Below, one piece after another: positions 9,225 to 17,901 of a stretch of 64,000 nt of DNA. The notes under the pieces are model-generated. The model saw nothing but the letters and a program-made list of their open reading frames with translations. It did no database searches and had not been told where the DNA came from. Position numbers and translations under genes: made by a program. The stretch is from Candidatus Buchananbacteria bacterium. GTDB taxonomy: Bacteria; Patescibacteriota; Patescibacteriia; Buchananbacterales; UBA6539. The stretch's first letter is position 1. The number at the start of each line of letters is the position of its first letter. The stretch spans positions 206,362-270,361 of the forward strand of contig JABWCG010000001.1 of NCBI GenBank assembly GCA_013359225.1. Direction: 5' to 3'.

Positions 9225-10325
9225 ATGGCCAAAAATTATTATGACATTTTAGGAGTCAGTAAAAGCTCAACACAGGAGGAAATTAAAAAGGCGTATTATA
9301 AGCTGGCTCATAAACACCATCCGCACAAGGGCGGCGACGAGCAGAAGATGAAAGAAATCAACGAGGCGTATGGTGTTTTAGGTAACGCCGAGAAGCGTTC
9401 GCAGTACGACAAGTTTGGTTCGACTTTTCAACAGGGTTCTGGTGCCGGCGGGTTTGGCGGTTTTCAGGATTTTTCGGATTTTGCCCAGGCTTTTCGAGGT
9501 AGCGCCGGCAATAACGCCGGTGCGAATTTTTCTTTTGATTTTGGCGACTTAGGTGATATTTTTGGTGATTTTTTCGGCGGCGGTCGGGGACAAGGCCGCT
9601 CACAAAGCCGTAATCGGGGCAGTGATATTGAAGCTCAAATTACTATTGAGTTCACTGAAGCAGTTTTTGGAACGGAAAAGAATATCAGCTTAACTAAAGA
9701 TGCAACTTGCCAGGCATGCACCGGTACTGGCGCACAGGCCGGCTCAAAGGTGTTGACCTGTTCAACTTGTCATGGTACCGGCCAGGTAGTGCGAAATGTT
9801 GGTTTTGGCATTGGCATGCCTAGTGTCTGTCCCGATTGTCGGGGGGAAGGAAAAAAAGTTGAACAAGAGTGTCAGGTGTGTCGTGGCGCTGGAGTGGTGA
9901 AAAAATCAGAAAATATTAAAGTAAAAATTCCGGCCGGCATTGATGATGGTCAGGCCATCAGATTGGCCGGGTATGGCGCTGCCGGAAGGCGTGGCGCACA
10001 GGCCGGGGACTTATATTTGAAGGTTAAGGTAACTCCAAATAAAAGTTTACAGCGAGATGGATATGATATTAAAACGGTTGCTGAAATTTCTTTTAAGCAA
10101 GCTGCATTAGGAGATAAAATTGACGTTATAACTGTTGACGGCGTGGTAAAGTTAAAAATTCCCGAAGGAACTCAAAGCGGTAAGGTATTTATTATTAAGG
10201 GCAGGGGGGTGCCGCACTTGCAGGGCCGTAACCGAGGGGATCATTTGGTTGAGGTAATTGTTAAAACGCCGACTAAGCTAAGCCGGCAACAACGAAAACA
10301 GATTGAAGCATTGGACTTGGATTAA
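9225..10325 (+). CDS. dnaJ: Molecular chaperone DnaJ.
   Basis: The J-domain 'YYDILGVSKSSTQEEIKKAYYKLAHKHHPHK' contains the HPD motif. A G/F-rich region and four CxxCxGxG zinc-finger repeats follow. Confidence 0.95.
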   Translation: MAKNYYDILGVSKSSTQEEIKKAYYKLAHKHHPHKGGDEQKMKEINEAYGVLGNAEKRSQYDKFGSTFQQGSGAGGFGGFQDFSDFAQAFRGSAGNNAGANFSFDFGDLGDIFGDFFGGGRGQGRSQSRNRGSDIEAQITIEFTEAVFGTEKNISLTKDATCQACTGTGAQAGSKVLTCSTCHGTGQVVRNVGFGIGMPSVCPDCRGEGKKVEQECQVCRGAGVVKKSENIKVKIPAGIDDGQAIRLAGYGAAGRRGAQAGDLYLKVKVTPNKSLQRDGYDIKTVAEISFKQAALGDKIDVITVDGVVKLKIPEGTQSGKVFIIKGRGVPHLQGRNRGDHLVEVIVKTPTKLSRQQRKQIEALDLD

Positions 10326-10410
10326 AAAATGGGGTTAAGGCTAGCCCCGTTTTTTAATTATCAATCCATTTATTCTTGTTTTAAAAAGATGCTATACTTA
10401 ATAGGTAAGT

Positions 10411-11034
10411 ATGATTTCAGAAATCGCAACAACTACCATTAATGAGGTGATGGATTTTGCTTCAGCACCTCAAACTCAAGAGGCAGTGGCACAAGCAAAA
10501 GTCGGCAGTCATGATTTATGGTTGGCATTTTTAAATATTGATTGGTCGGCGCCGAGCTGGGATATTATTATCCTGCTATTTTTTTTGGTGAGTGTTTTGA
10601 TTTATGGCTTTGCTCTGGGACGTAACCGCGTAGTGGCAATTTTAATCAGTACGTATCTATCGTTAGCGGTAACAACTAATTTGCCGTTTATGGATAAGCT
10701 GACTGAAATCATCAACCGCTATGTAACGTTTACGTTTCAGGTTTCTTCATTTTTGATTGTTTTTATTTTATTATTTTTTCTCTTGACCAGGGGAAGTCTG
10801 CTGCAAAAATACGCCAGTCTCGGCGGCAGCTGGTGGCAGGTTATTATTTTTTCGTTATTGCAGGTTGGCTTATTAACCAGCATTATTCTTTCTTTTTTGC
10901 CGTCAGAAGCATATAGTAATTTATCTGAATTTACTAAGACTGTTTTTATTTCAGACGTCGGAAAATTTTGTTGGATTATCCTGCCGATTTCCGGATTAAT
11001 TTTCTTTAAGGGTGATTTAGATCAATTAGCTTAA
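10411..11034 (+). CDS. Hypothetical polytopic membrane protein.
   Basis: Multiple hydrophobic helices are visible. A terminator hairpin AACAAGCC/GGCTTGTT plus T-run follows at about 11050-11087. Confidence 0.5.
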   Translation: MISEIATTTINEVMDFASAPQTQEAVAQAKVGSHDLWLAFLNIDWSAPSWDIIILLFFLVSVLIYGFALGRNRVVAILISTYLSLAVTTNLPFMDKLTEIINRYVTFTFQVSSFLIVFILLFFLLTRGSLLQKYASLGGSWWQVIIFSLLQVGLLTSIILSFLPSEAYSNLSEFTKTVFISDVGKFCWIILPISGLIFFKGDLDQLA

Positions 11035-11088
11035 GTTTTTTACTAAAACAAGCCATTTTTAACGCAGGCTTGTTTATTTTTTTTGCAC

Positions 11089-11117
11089 TTGACAAATTTG
11101 AGCAATTAGGTTAAAAT
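11089..11117 (+). promoter_or_regulatory. Consensus sigma70 promoter driving the GC-rich lipoprotein gene.
   Basis: TTGACA at 11089-11094, a 17-nt spacer, then TAAAAT at 11112-11117. An approximately 240-nt GC-rich leader follows. Confidence 0.55.
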
Positions 11118-11355
11118 GTGGGACTGGCTCACCATGGGTCCAGTTTGTGTTTGCACCTTATAATTTGGGTTATTGATAACAACGAAAAACGACACCAAAG
11201 GAGTGTCACAACAAGAGGAGATGTGCCTATAAGGAGAGCAGGGAAGCTTTGGCAGGACAAGTGCGTAAGGAACATTTCTTGAGCCGCGCGGCTTGAGAGA
11301 TGAGTGTCGAACAACGTGAAACCGAAACGGAAACGAATGAAGAGGAGTGAAACGA

Positions 11356-14300
11356 ATGAACACGATGGTTCGCAACATGATGGTGTGCGTCATGGCGGCG
11401 CTGGTGGTGCTGTTGACCTCCGGCTGCCCGATGACGCCCGATCCGCCCAACCAGCCGACGCAACCGACGTTCGACGTTCGGACCCGGCTGATTGAAGGCA
11501 AAGCCGAAGTAGTGGTCCGCAACACGGACACGCGACAGGTCAGCATTCAGATTCTGGTCCAGGATGACCGTACCGGCGACTACTTTCCCGCGTACGACGA
11601 AACCGGCGACCAGCTCCTGCGCAGCATCATGCAGCCGGGAGTCCAAACCACCGTAACTGGACAGCTTGTTAACCGCACGTATGAAGGTCACCCCGTGATC
11701 GACATCGGCGGCGGCGGAGTTCACAGTTACTGGTGGTGGGATCCGTATGCGCCGCTGTATCTCTACCCGGTTCCGCCCAGCATAAGCGTGGACTGGGAGA
11801 CATACGTGACTGACGAGGAGATCACCATCACCGAAACGACGTTTGTTGACGGTGAAGGGGCGTACTTGGGCGCACAATTCGTGTTGCCCGAAGCCGGACG
11901 CTACATGGTTCGGGTCACTGGTTTTAACGAGCAGAACGTTGAGTTCAAGCCGTTTGAAACCGTGTTGCCTGACTACGATGGAACAACGCCGGACCCGGAT
12001 CCCGAAGACACCGCCGACCTGGAAGTCCTGTACTTCAGCAATTACGGAGACGTCAACGGGTACGTCTATGGCATCGTCCATGGCGTGAATCCGTCGACCC
12101 ACTCCGTCGCGTGCTACATCAACGTCGACTCAATGTGGTGGCCCAAGCCGGATTTCGGCAACGGCGCCTTGACCCCGTTGGAAAATGGCGGTTACTTTGA
12201 GACCGACATTACCACGGGCGGCGACGATCAGCGCGCAACGTTGATCTACTTGGCTGTGGTGCCAAACGGTACGCAAGTGCCGCAGGCGCCCAGCCTTGAC
12301 CAGCCCTACATTCCGGAAGCGCTCACCAGCAAGCTATTGGTGCGTAATCCCGGACCGGTTGAAGGCGGACCTGGCGTGATTGATTTCACTGAAGTGCCCT
12401 ACTACAAGGATCCTGACGGGGTGCTTCGCGGTACGGTTTCAGGAGTCAATTTCGCTGACTATCAAGTCGCTGTCTACATCCTTGTCGAGGGAGTCTGGTG
12501 GCAAAAGCCGGACTGCACCCTCGTCGACATCATGAGCAATGGTTCCTGGTCGGCTGACGTGACCGTGGTGCCAAGCGACGCGAACGCAACGCAGTTCGCC
12601 GCGTTTCTCGTCCCGCGGGGTACTTCAGTACCCTGCACGGTGTATCCGACCAAGAGCAAATCCTTGGTGGCTGGTATTGATATCCCGGGCGCGGTTGATT
12701 ACGTCATCGTGAACCGGGTACCGCATATCGGCCTGACCAAAATTCCGGCCTACGAAGACACGGTCGGTGACCTGCGCGGTATCGTGGAAGCGCTCGACCC
12801 GACGCAGTACGATATCCATACCTTTATCCGGGTTCCCGGTGAAGGCTGGATTGCGAAGCCGGGCTTTGCGCCTGACGACGCGACGGTTGTTGCCGCTGAC
12901 GGTACGTGGTCGTGTGACATCGTTACCGGATTGCCGGGGCAGACCAACGATCATCGGGCAACTGAGATCTGGGTTTTGCTGTTTGGCAAGGGTGTTGAAG
13001 TAACGCCGTGCGGAGACGCTGTTTGTAGCGACCTGAATATCGACACGGTGGTGAACAACGCCAGTGCTGGGATCTGGGTGAATCGTCGTCCGGGAGCGGA
13101 AGATGAAGAACCTATTATCACCATCATCGGCGCAAACCCGGTCACTTTGGCAGTTGGCAGCGGGCCGTATACCGATTTGGGCGCTACGGCGTTTGATACG
13201 GAAGACGGCGACCTGTCGGCAGAAATCGTTACCACCAATGACGTCAACACGTCGGCGGTGGGAACGTATCACGTGAATTACAGCGTGACGGACAGTGCGA
13301 GCCACACGGTGAACGCTTCCCGAACGGTTCACGTGGTGGATACCGTCGGTCCGGTAATTACCGTTTTGGGCGCAAACCCGCTGCACGTGCAGCAGGGAAG
13401 CGGCCCGTATGTTGATCCAGGCGCCACGGCGTTTGACAACTACAACGGTGACATCACCGGCAGCATTGTGAAGACCGGTTCGGTCGACACGAACACTCCC
13501 GGTACCTACACCATTAACTACAGCGTGCAAGACAGCTCCGGCAACTCTGCCAGCGCTTCGCGCACGGTAGTGGTGGATGAGGTGGTCGAGGATCAACCCC
13601 CGGTCATTACGATCTTGGGGTCAAATCCTCATACCGTCCAAGTCTTGAGCGGCCCGTATCCGGAATCCGGTGCGACCGCCCTTGACCCGGAAGATGGGGA
13701 CATCTCGAACCTGATCGGAACCGTGTCCACGGTGGACATGACGACGATCGGTACGTACAACGTGACCTATTCGGTCACAGACAGCGGCGGCCACCCGGTC
13801 CAAGCGGTGAAAGTCGTTTACGTTGTCGACACGGTGGCGCCGGTTGTTGATCCGATTCCGGACCAGTTCCGTTTGGCGCTGGCATCGGGCGACCTTGATC
13901 TCGGTAACTATGGCTACGACGCGTACGACGAGAACGCGACGTGGTCCATCGTACCCGGATACGACACCAACCTGATTTCGGTGAGCTTGTCGGGAACGAT
14001 CCTGACGATCACCGGGAAAAACGTCGGTGGTACAACCGTACTCACCGTGAAACTGACCGATGGCAGTGGAAATTTCACCACGGCCGACATCAACGTCACG
14101 GTTAGCCCCTGCCAAACGGCATTTATCCAGATTACCGCCGAACCCGGCAGTATTGATGGATTTCCGAATGCGGTGGCCGGCGAAGTGTGCGGCGTCGATC
14201 CGTCAACGCATAAAGTAGTTCTGTACGTTCGCGTGCACGATGCGGTGAGCGGTAACGATTACGCTTGGGTAAAGCCGAACTTCGGGGCCGAGAAATACAC

Positions 14301-14505
14301 GGCCATCAATCCGGACGGCACCTGGGAGTCGTCGGTCGCTCCTGACGCCAATACCTGGAAAGAGGTGCGGGCGTACTTGGTTGAAGATGGTACTTCGATG
14401 CCCGACGCTGGGTCAAGTGGTCCAATGCTGTGGAGCGATTTCCTTGGGTTAAACCTGGAAAACACTTCCGGTGTGCTCGGCCTCGCCTTTGTCACCAACG
14501 GGTGA
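11356..14505 (+). CDS. Large surface lipoprotein with tandem DUF5011-like Ig-fold repeats. The gene is compositionally foreign (GC-rich).
   Basis: The start is ATG 11356, with a GAGGAG RBS 8 nt upstream. The ORF track's GTG at 11347 is too close to the RBS to be the start. The signal peptide has a lipobox 'LLTSGC'. Three tandem ~80-aa repeats of the form 'PVITxxGANPxxxxxGSGPYxDxGATAxDxxDGDxxxxIVxTxxVDTxxxGTYxxNYSVxDSxGN...RTVxVVD' are present. Upstream there are four or more repeats of a ~100-aa module with a conserved 'WW.KPD' motif. Sampled lines are 58-70% GC. Confidence 0.8.
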   Translation: MNTMVRNMMVCVMAALVVLLTSGCPMTPDPPNQPTQPTFDVRTRLIEGKAEVVVRNTDTRQVSIQILVQDDRTGDYFPAYDETGDQLLRSIMQPGVQTTVTGQLVNRTYEGHPVIDIGGGGVHSYWWWDPYAPLYLYPVPPSISVDWETYVTDEEITITETTFVDGEGAYLGAQFVLPEAGRYMVRVTGFNEQNVEFKPFETVLPDYDGTTPDPDPEDTADLEVLYFSNYGDVNGYVYGIVHGVNPSTHSVACYINVDSMWWPKPDFGNGALTPLENGGYFETDITTGGDDQRATLIYLAVVPNGTQVPQAPSLDQPYIPEALTSKLLVRNPGPVEGGPGVIDFTEVPYYKDPDGVLRGTVSGVNFADYQVAVYILVEGVWWQKPDCTLVDIMSNGSWSADVTVVPSDANATQFAAFLVPRGTSVPCTVYPTKSKSLVAGIDIPGAVDYVIVNRVPHIGLTKIPAYEDTVGDLRGIVEALDPTQYDIHTFIRVPGEGWIAKPGFAPDDATVVAADGTWSCDIVTGLPGQTNDHRATEIWVLLFGKGVEVTPCGDAVCSDLNIDTVVNNASAGIWVNRRPGAEDEEPIITIIGANPVTLAVGSGPYTDLGATAFDTEDGDLSAEIVTTNDVNTSAVGTYHVNYSVTDSASHTVNASRTVHVVDTVGPVITVLGANPLHVQQGSGPYVDPGATAFDNYNGDITGSIVKTGSVDTNTPGTYTINYSVQDSSGNSASASRTVVVDEVVEDQPPVITILGSNPHTVQVLSGPYPESGATALDPEDGDISNLIGTVSTVDMTTIGTYNVTYSVTDSGGHPVQAVKVVYVVDTVAPVVDPIPDQFRLALASGDLDLGNYGYDAYDENATWSIVPGYDTNLISVSLSGTILTITGKNVGGTTVLTVKLTDGSGNFTTADINVTVSPCQTAFIQITAEPGSIDGFPNAVAGEVCGVDPSTHKVVLYVRVHDAVSGNDYAWVKPNFGAEKYTAINPDGTWESSVAPDANTWKEVRAYLVEDGTSMPDAGSSGPMLWSDFLGLNLENTSGVLGLAFVTNG

Positions 14506-14550
14506 CAATCAATAACCAAACCAACACTCGACTTTAGGGGAGAGTGACAA

Positions 14551-14601
14551 CGCCCTCGCAAGTACTGTTCAACAAGAACGGGAAAGCGAGGGCTCTTTTT
14601 T
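14551..14601 (+). terminator. Rho-independent terminator of the GC-rich lipoprotein gene.
   Basis: The stem GCCCTCGC (14551-14558) pairs with GCGAGGGC (14585-14592). A T-tract TCTTTTTTT follows. Confidence 0.55.
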
Positions 14602-14647
14602 TAAGTTAATTTTTTAAATCATCTACAACTATTTAAGTCTTTGGGGT

Positions 14648-14741
14648 GTGGGGCGGTATTAAGCCCTAGAACAAATAGTCAAAGTTAGATTGGCGTTAAA
14701 GGCGCATTACCGTCCCACGCTTTTTGGATACTTTTTCTAAA
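14648..14741 (+). other. Structured element of unknown role: a long-range stem plus T-run, followed by a perfect 10-bp palindrome.
   Basis: GTGGGGCGG (14648-14656) pairs with CCGTCCCAC (14710-14718), including one G-U pair. 'GCTTTTTGG' follows. Then comes GATACTTTTT-cta-AAAAAGTATC at 14716-14741. Confidence 0.35.
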
Positions 14742-14833
14742 AAAGTATCGTAAAAAATAGCATAGCTCTAGTTATTTAATCTCGCAGTATTGACAAAAAC
14801 TCTAAAATATGATTTAATTTAAGTGGTAATTAA

Positions 14834-16747
14834 ATGTCTAAAAACATGAAGAAATTACTAAAAAAAATTAAGGATTTATCTATTAACCGTCACCAAATTG
14901 ACACGGATCGTGACGGTCTTTCTGATTATGATGAAATCAATATCTATCATACCAATCCATATAATCCGGATACGGATAAAGACGGGATTCCGGACGGTGA
15001 AGAAATTCGTCGCGGCCGCAATCCGCTCGGACCCGGTACGTTGAAAGATTTATTTATTCCTTATGCTGGTAACAATTATCAGCCGCATATTTTATTGCCG
15101 CGTCGGGTGTTGTTTTATGCTGTTGCTGCCACGGTTACTAAAGTGATTATTGCCGGGTTAGTTGTGTTGTTTCCGGCCGGCGCTTGGTTAACGCCCGATT
15201 TGATGATTCAAGAAAGTAAGCGGGTGATTGAGTTAACTAACCAAATCAGACAGCGCCAATCAGTCCCGGCTTTAAAGGAAAGTTCGTTATTAACCCAGGC
15301 GGCGTTTGATAAATCTCAGGATATGCTTATCCAACAGTATTTCGCTCACGTCGGTCCTGATGGCTTGGATTTAAGCGATTGGATTAAGGGAACCGGGTAT
15401 CGTTATTTGGTGGCTGGTGAAAATTTAGCGATGGGGTTTGCCAGCGCTGATGAAGTTGTTACTGCTTGGACAAAAAGCCGGACTCACTACGCCAATTTGA
15501 TTGACACAGACTATGAGGAAATTGGTGTTGGAATGGCTTCTGGTATGTATAGCGGTGTTGATACGACGATGGTTGCTCAGTATTTTGCTTTAGCTTCCGG
15601 TCCGGCGGTTGCCGTTGAAGAGCCGAAATCCCAAGTTGTTGAGGCAGTGGTTCCAACCCCGAGCCCAGAACCGGTTGTGGCAGCAGTAAATCAGCCGCAG
15701 GAAGTTTTACCGGAAAAAGTTGAAGAACCGGCTCCTGTACCAACCCCAGCTCCAACTCCTGAACCCACGCCAGTGGTGACTAAACCAACCCCGGCTCCTG
15801 CACCGACACCAGTGGTAGTTGAAAAACCTAAACCAATCCCAGCTCCAACTCCAGTAGTAACCAAGCCAGTACCAACCGCCATTCCAACTCCGAGCCCAGA
15901 ACCGGTTGTTACACCTGAGCCACAGGTAGTTGTTAAGCCGGTTTTAGCTAATCCTAAATTTGTTATGTATCCGACGCAGGACGTCTCCGAACAAAATCAG
16001 GTTCTCGTTGTGGCGTATGCGCCAACAGCTGAACGCTTGATGATTTTAGATAACGGCAATAAGATTGCGGAAAAAACAAGTTTACAGAGTGAATTTTTTG
16101 ACTTTGCGTTGCAACTTGAGCCTGGATCTCATACATTAGTCGCTAAGTCCTTTAAAGGTGATTTAGAGGCAGTTTCGCAAACACTGACGTTAACGGTTAA
16201 CGACAGCGTTCCGGGCGCTGATTTGGAAAACAGCGAGATGGTGATTTCTCAACCTTCAAGTGGTAACGATAAAATTATAATGGCACGAATGTACTTGAGC
16301 ACCGACGCCAAAGAAGCCCAGATTACTTTTGATAATTATCGTATTGAATTGACGAAGGAAGACGAAATTAAAGATGGCTTTAATCTTTGGACTGGAGAGT
16401 TGATTGTATTCGGATCAGACGGCAAAGATATATTTAATACAGTGACGTTGCCGGTGTTATCAATCACTGATGTAAGCGGCAACGAATCAGTGCAGGATAT
16501 TAGTTGGGAGCATATCGTACCGTCAAGCCCCTCACTGACCAGACAATATTTATTTATGAAGTCCTACCCCTTGAAACAAGTTGATTTATTGTTTGATATT
16601 TCCGGTTGGTATTACCGCATCATTCTAGTAATTGCCGTTGTTGCCCTATTGTTGAATATCTTTATTGAAATTAAGAAACAGTATCCTCATGTTATTGCCT
16701 CGACTCTTGGATTGATCTCATTGATGGTAATCTTTATCGTAGTGTAA
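14834..16747 (+). CDS. Membrane-anchored surface protein with calcium-binding DxDxDG repeats, a CAP/SCP (PR-1-like) domain, a Pro/Thr/Ala-rich linker and a C-terminal transmembrane segment.
   Basis: The N-terminus has 'DTDRDGLSDYDE' and 'DTDKDGIPDGEE'. The CAP-like block is 'AWTKSRTHYANLIDTDYEEIGVGMASG'. A long 'PTPAPTPEPTP' linker follows. The C-terminus is hydrophobic. Confidence 0.7.
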   Translation: MSKNMKKLLKKIKDLSINRHQIDTDRDGLSDYDEINIYHTNPYNPDTDKDGIPDGEEIRRGRNPLGPGTLKDLFIPYAGNNYQPHILLPRRVLFYAVAATVTKVIIAGLVVLFPAGAWLTPDLMIQESKRVIELTNQIRQRQSVPALKESSLLTQAAFDKSQDMLIQQYFAHVGPDGLDLSDWIKGTGYRYLVAGENLAMGFASADEVVTAWTKSRTHYANLIDTDYEEIGVGMASGMYSGVDTTMVAQYFALASGPAVAVEEPKSQVVEAVVPTPSPEPVVAAVNQPQEVLPEKVEEPAPVPTPAPTPEPTPVVTKPTPAPAPTPVVVEKPKPIPAPTPVVTKPVPTAIPTPSPEPVVTPEPQVVVKPVLANPKFVMYPTQDVSEQNQVLVVAYAPTAERLMILDNGNKIAEKTSLQSEFFDFALQLEPGSHTLVAKSFKGDLEAVSQTLTLTVNDSVPGADLENSEMVISQPSSGNDKIIMARMYLSTDAKEAQITFDNYRIELTKEDEIKDGFNLWTGELIVFGSDGKDIFNTVTLPVLSITDVSGNESVQDISWEHIVPSSPSLTRQYLFMKSYPLKQVDLLFDISGWYYRIILVIAVVALLLNIFIEIKKQYPHVIASTLGLISLMVIFIVV

Positions 16748-16854
16748 AACCTAGCCGAGCAAGGAGGGGGAGACATACGGTGTTTATACAATATTAATTT
16801 ATCTAAAACAAAAATCCCCACTGCTGACCTTGGCAAGGGGTTTTTGTGTAGGTA

Positions 16855-16883
16855 TTGACATTTTTTTAATTTATATGTATAAT
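16855..16883 (+). promoter_or_regulatory. Consensus sigma70 promoter of the glycosyltransferase cluster.
   Basis: TTGACA at 16855-16860, a 17-nt spacer, then TATAAT at 16878-16883. Confidence 0.55.
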
Positions 16884-16940
16884 AATTGGTTAAAAATAAG
16901 TTATATTTAATGACTAAATATTGCTTAAATAAGCATAAAT

Positions 16941-17897
16941 ATGGCTAAACTAATTTCTGTCATTATTCCGGTTAATAACGAAGAGGCTAACATCCCTTTG
17001 ATTTATCAGGCGGTAAAAGACCAGCTGATCAAATTGGGTAGTGATTTTGATTATGAAATAATTTTTGTGGATGATGGCAGTACTGATAAAAGCAATTTTG
17101 CAGTTACCCGACTATGCGATGCTGATCCAAAAGTTAAATTAATTGAATTTTCCCGTAACTTCGGTAAAGAGGTTGCGACCACTGCTGGGTTGCATGAAGC
17201 ATCCGGAGATGCAGCAATTATTATTGATGCTGATCTGCAACATCCGGCGTCGTTAATTCCGGATTTCGTAGCTCGCTGGACTCAGGGATTTGATATGGTT
17301 GTTGGCGTTCGAAATAATAATGAATCAGAAAGTGTCATTAAACGTTTAGGTTCGGTGGCCTTTTACAAGGCAATGAAGCTGATTGGCGAAACCAAATTGG
17401 CAAGCCGGACCACCGATTACCGAATTATTGATCGTAAGGTGATTGATGAATTCAAACGTTTTACTGAGCATAACCGAATTACCCGGGGTTTACTTGATTG
17501 GCTTGGCTTTAAGAAAGAGTATATTTACTTTACGGCCCTCACTCGCCAACACGGTAAGCCGTCATATTCAAAAATCAAATTAGTAAAATTGGCACTTTCA
17601 ACATTTGTCTCACATAGTTTATTCCCGTTAAAATTTGCGGGCTATCTTGGTATTATTATTGTTTCATTTTCTGGGCCGCTTGGTTTATTTATTTTTATTG
17701 ATAAATATATTTTGGATGACGCGACCGGCTTTAATTTTTCCGGCCCGGCCATTTTGGCGCTAATTAATATGTTTTTTACCGGTATTATTTTAAGTTCGCT
17801 TGGTTTAATCGCTTTGTATATCGCCGACATTCAAAGCGAAGTGACAAACCGGCCGATGTATGTAGTGCGGTCTCGTAAAAATTTGAAACAGCAATAA
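16941..17897 (+). CDS. Family 2 glycosyltransferase of the polyprenyl-phosphate sugar transferase type, with a C-terminal membrane anchor.
   Basis: The N-terminus 'LISVIIPVNNEEANI...IIFVDDGSTDKS' is a GT2 signature, including a DAD motif. Two C-terminal transmembrane helices are present. Confidence 0.8.
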   Translation: MAKLISVIIPVNNEEANIPLIYQAVKDQLIKLGSDFDYEIIFVDDGSTDKSNFAVTRLCDADPKVKLIEFSRNFGKEVATTAGLHEASGDAAIIIDADLQHPASLIPDFVARWTQGFDMVVGVRNNNESESVIKRLGSVAFYKAMKLIGETKLASRTTDYRIIDRKVIDEFKRFTEHNRITRGLLDWLGFKKEYIYFTALTRQHGKPSYSKIKLVKLALSTFVSHSLFPLKFAGYLGIIIVSFSGPLGLFIFIDKYILDDATGFNFSGPAILALINMFFTGIILSSLGLIALYIADIQSEVTNRPMYVVRSRKNLKQQ

Positions 17898-17901
17898 ACC
17901 T

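Noticed and set aside
11227-14115. Long antisense or alternative-frame ORFs inside the GC-rich lipoprotein gene (11227-12102 -, 12625-13596 -, 13621-14115 -, and others).
   Set aside because: High-GC sequence leaves many frames open by chance. These ORFs are Arg/Gly/Val-rich low-complexity translations with no RBS. The sense ORF has an RBS, a lipoprotein signal and recognisable repeats.
14643-14722. A possible tRNA in the gap after the GC-rich island.
   Set aside because: There is no GTTC-type T-loop, no anticodon stem-loop geometry and no acceptor or D-arm layout. It was kept only as a generic structured element.
15600-15960. A repetitive DNA (CCAACTCC/CCAGCTCC periodicity) that could look like a tandem repeat or CRISPR-like array.
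   Set aside because: It is the coding sequence of a Pro-Thr-Ala linker (PTPAPTPEPTP) inside the CAP-domain protein. There are no spacer-repeat units of CRISPR size. No CRISPR array was seen anywhere in the window.
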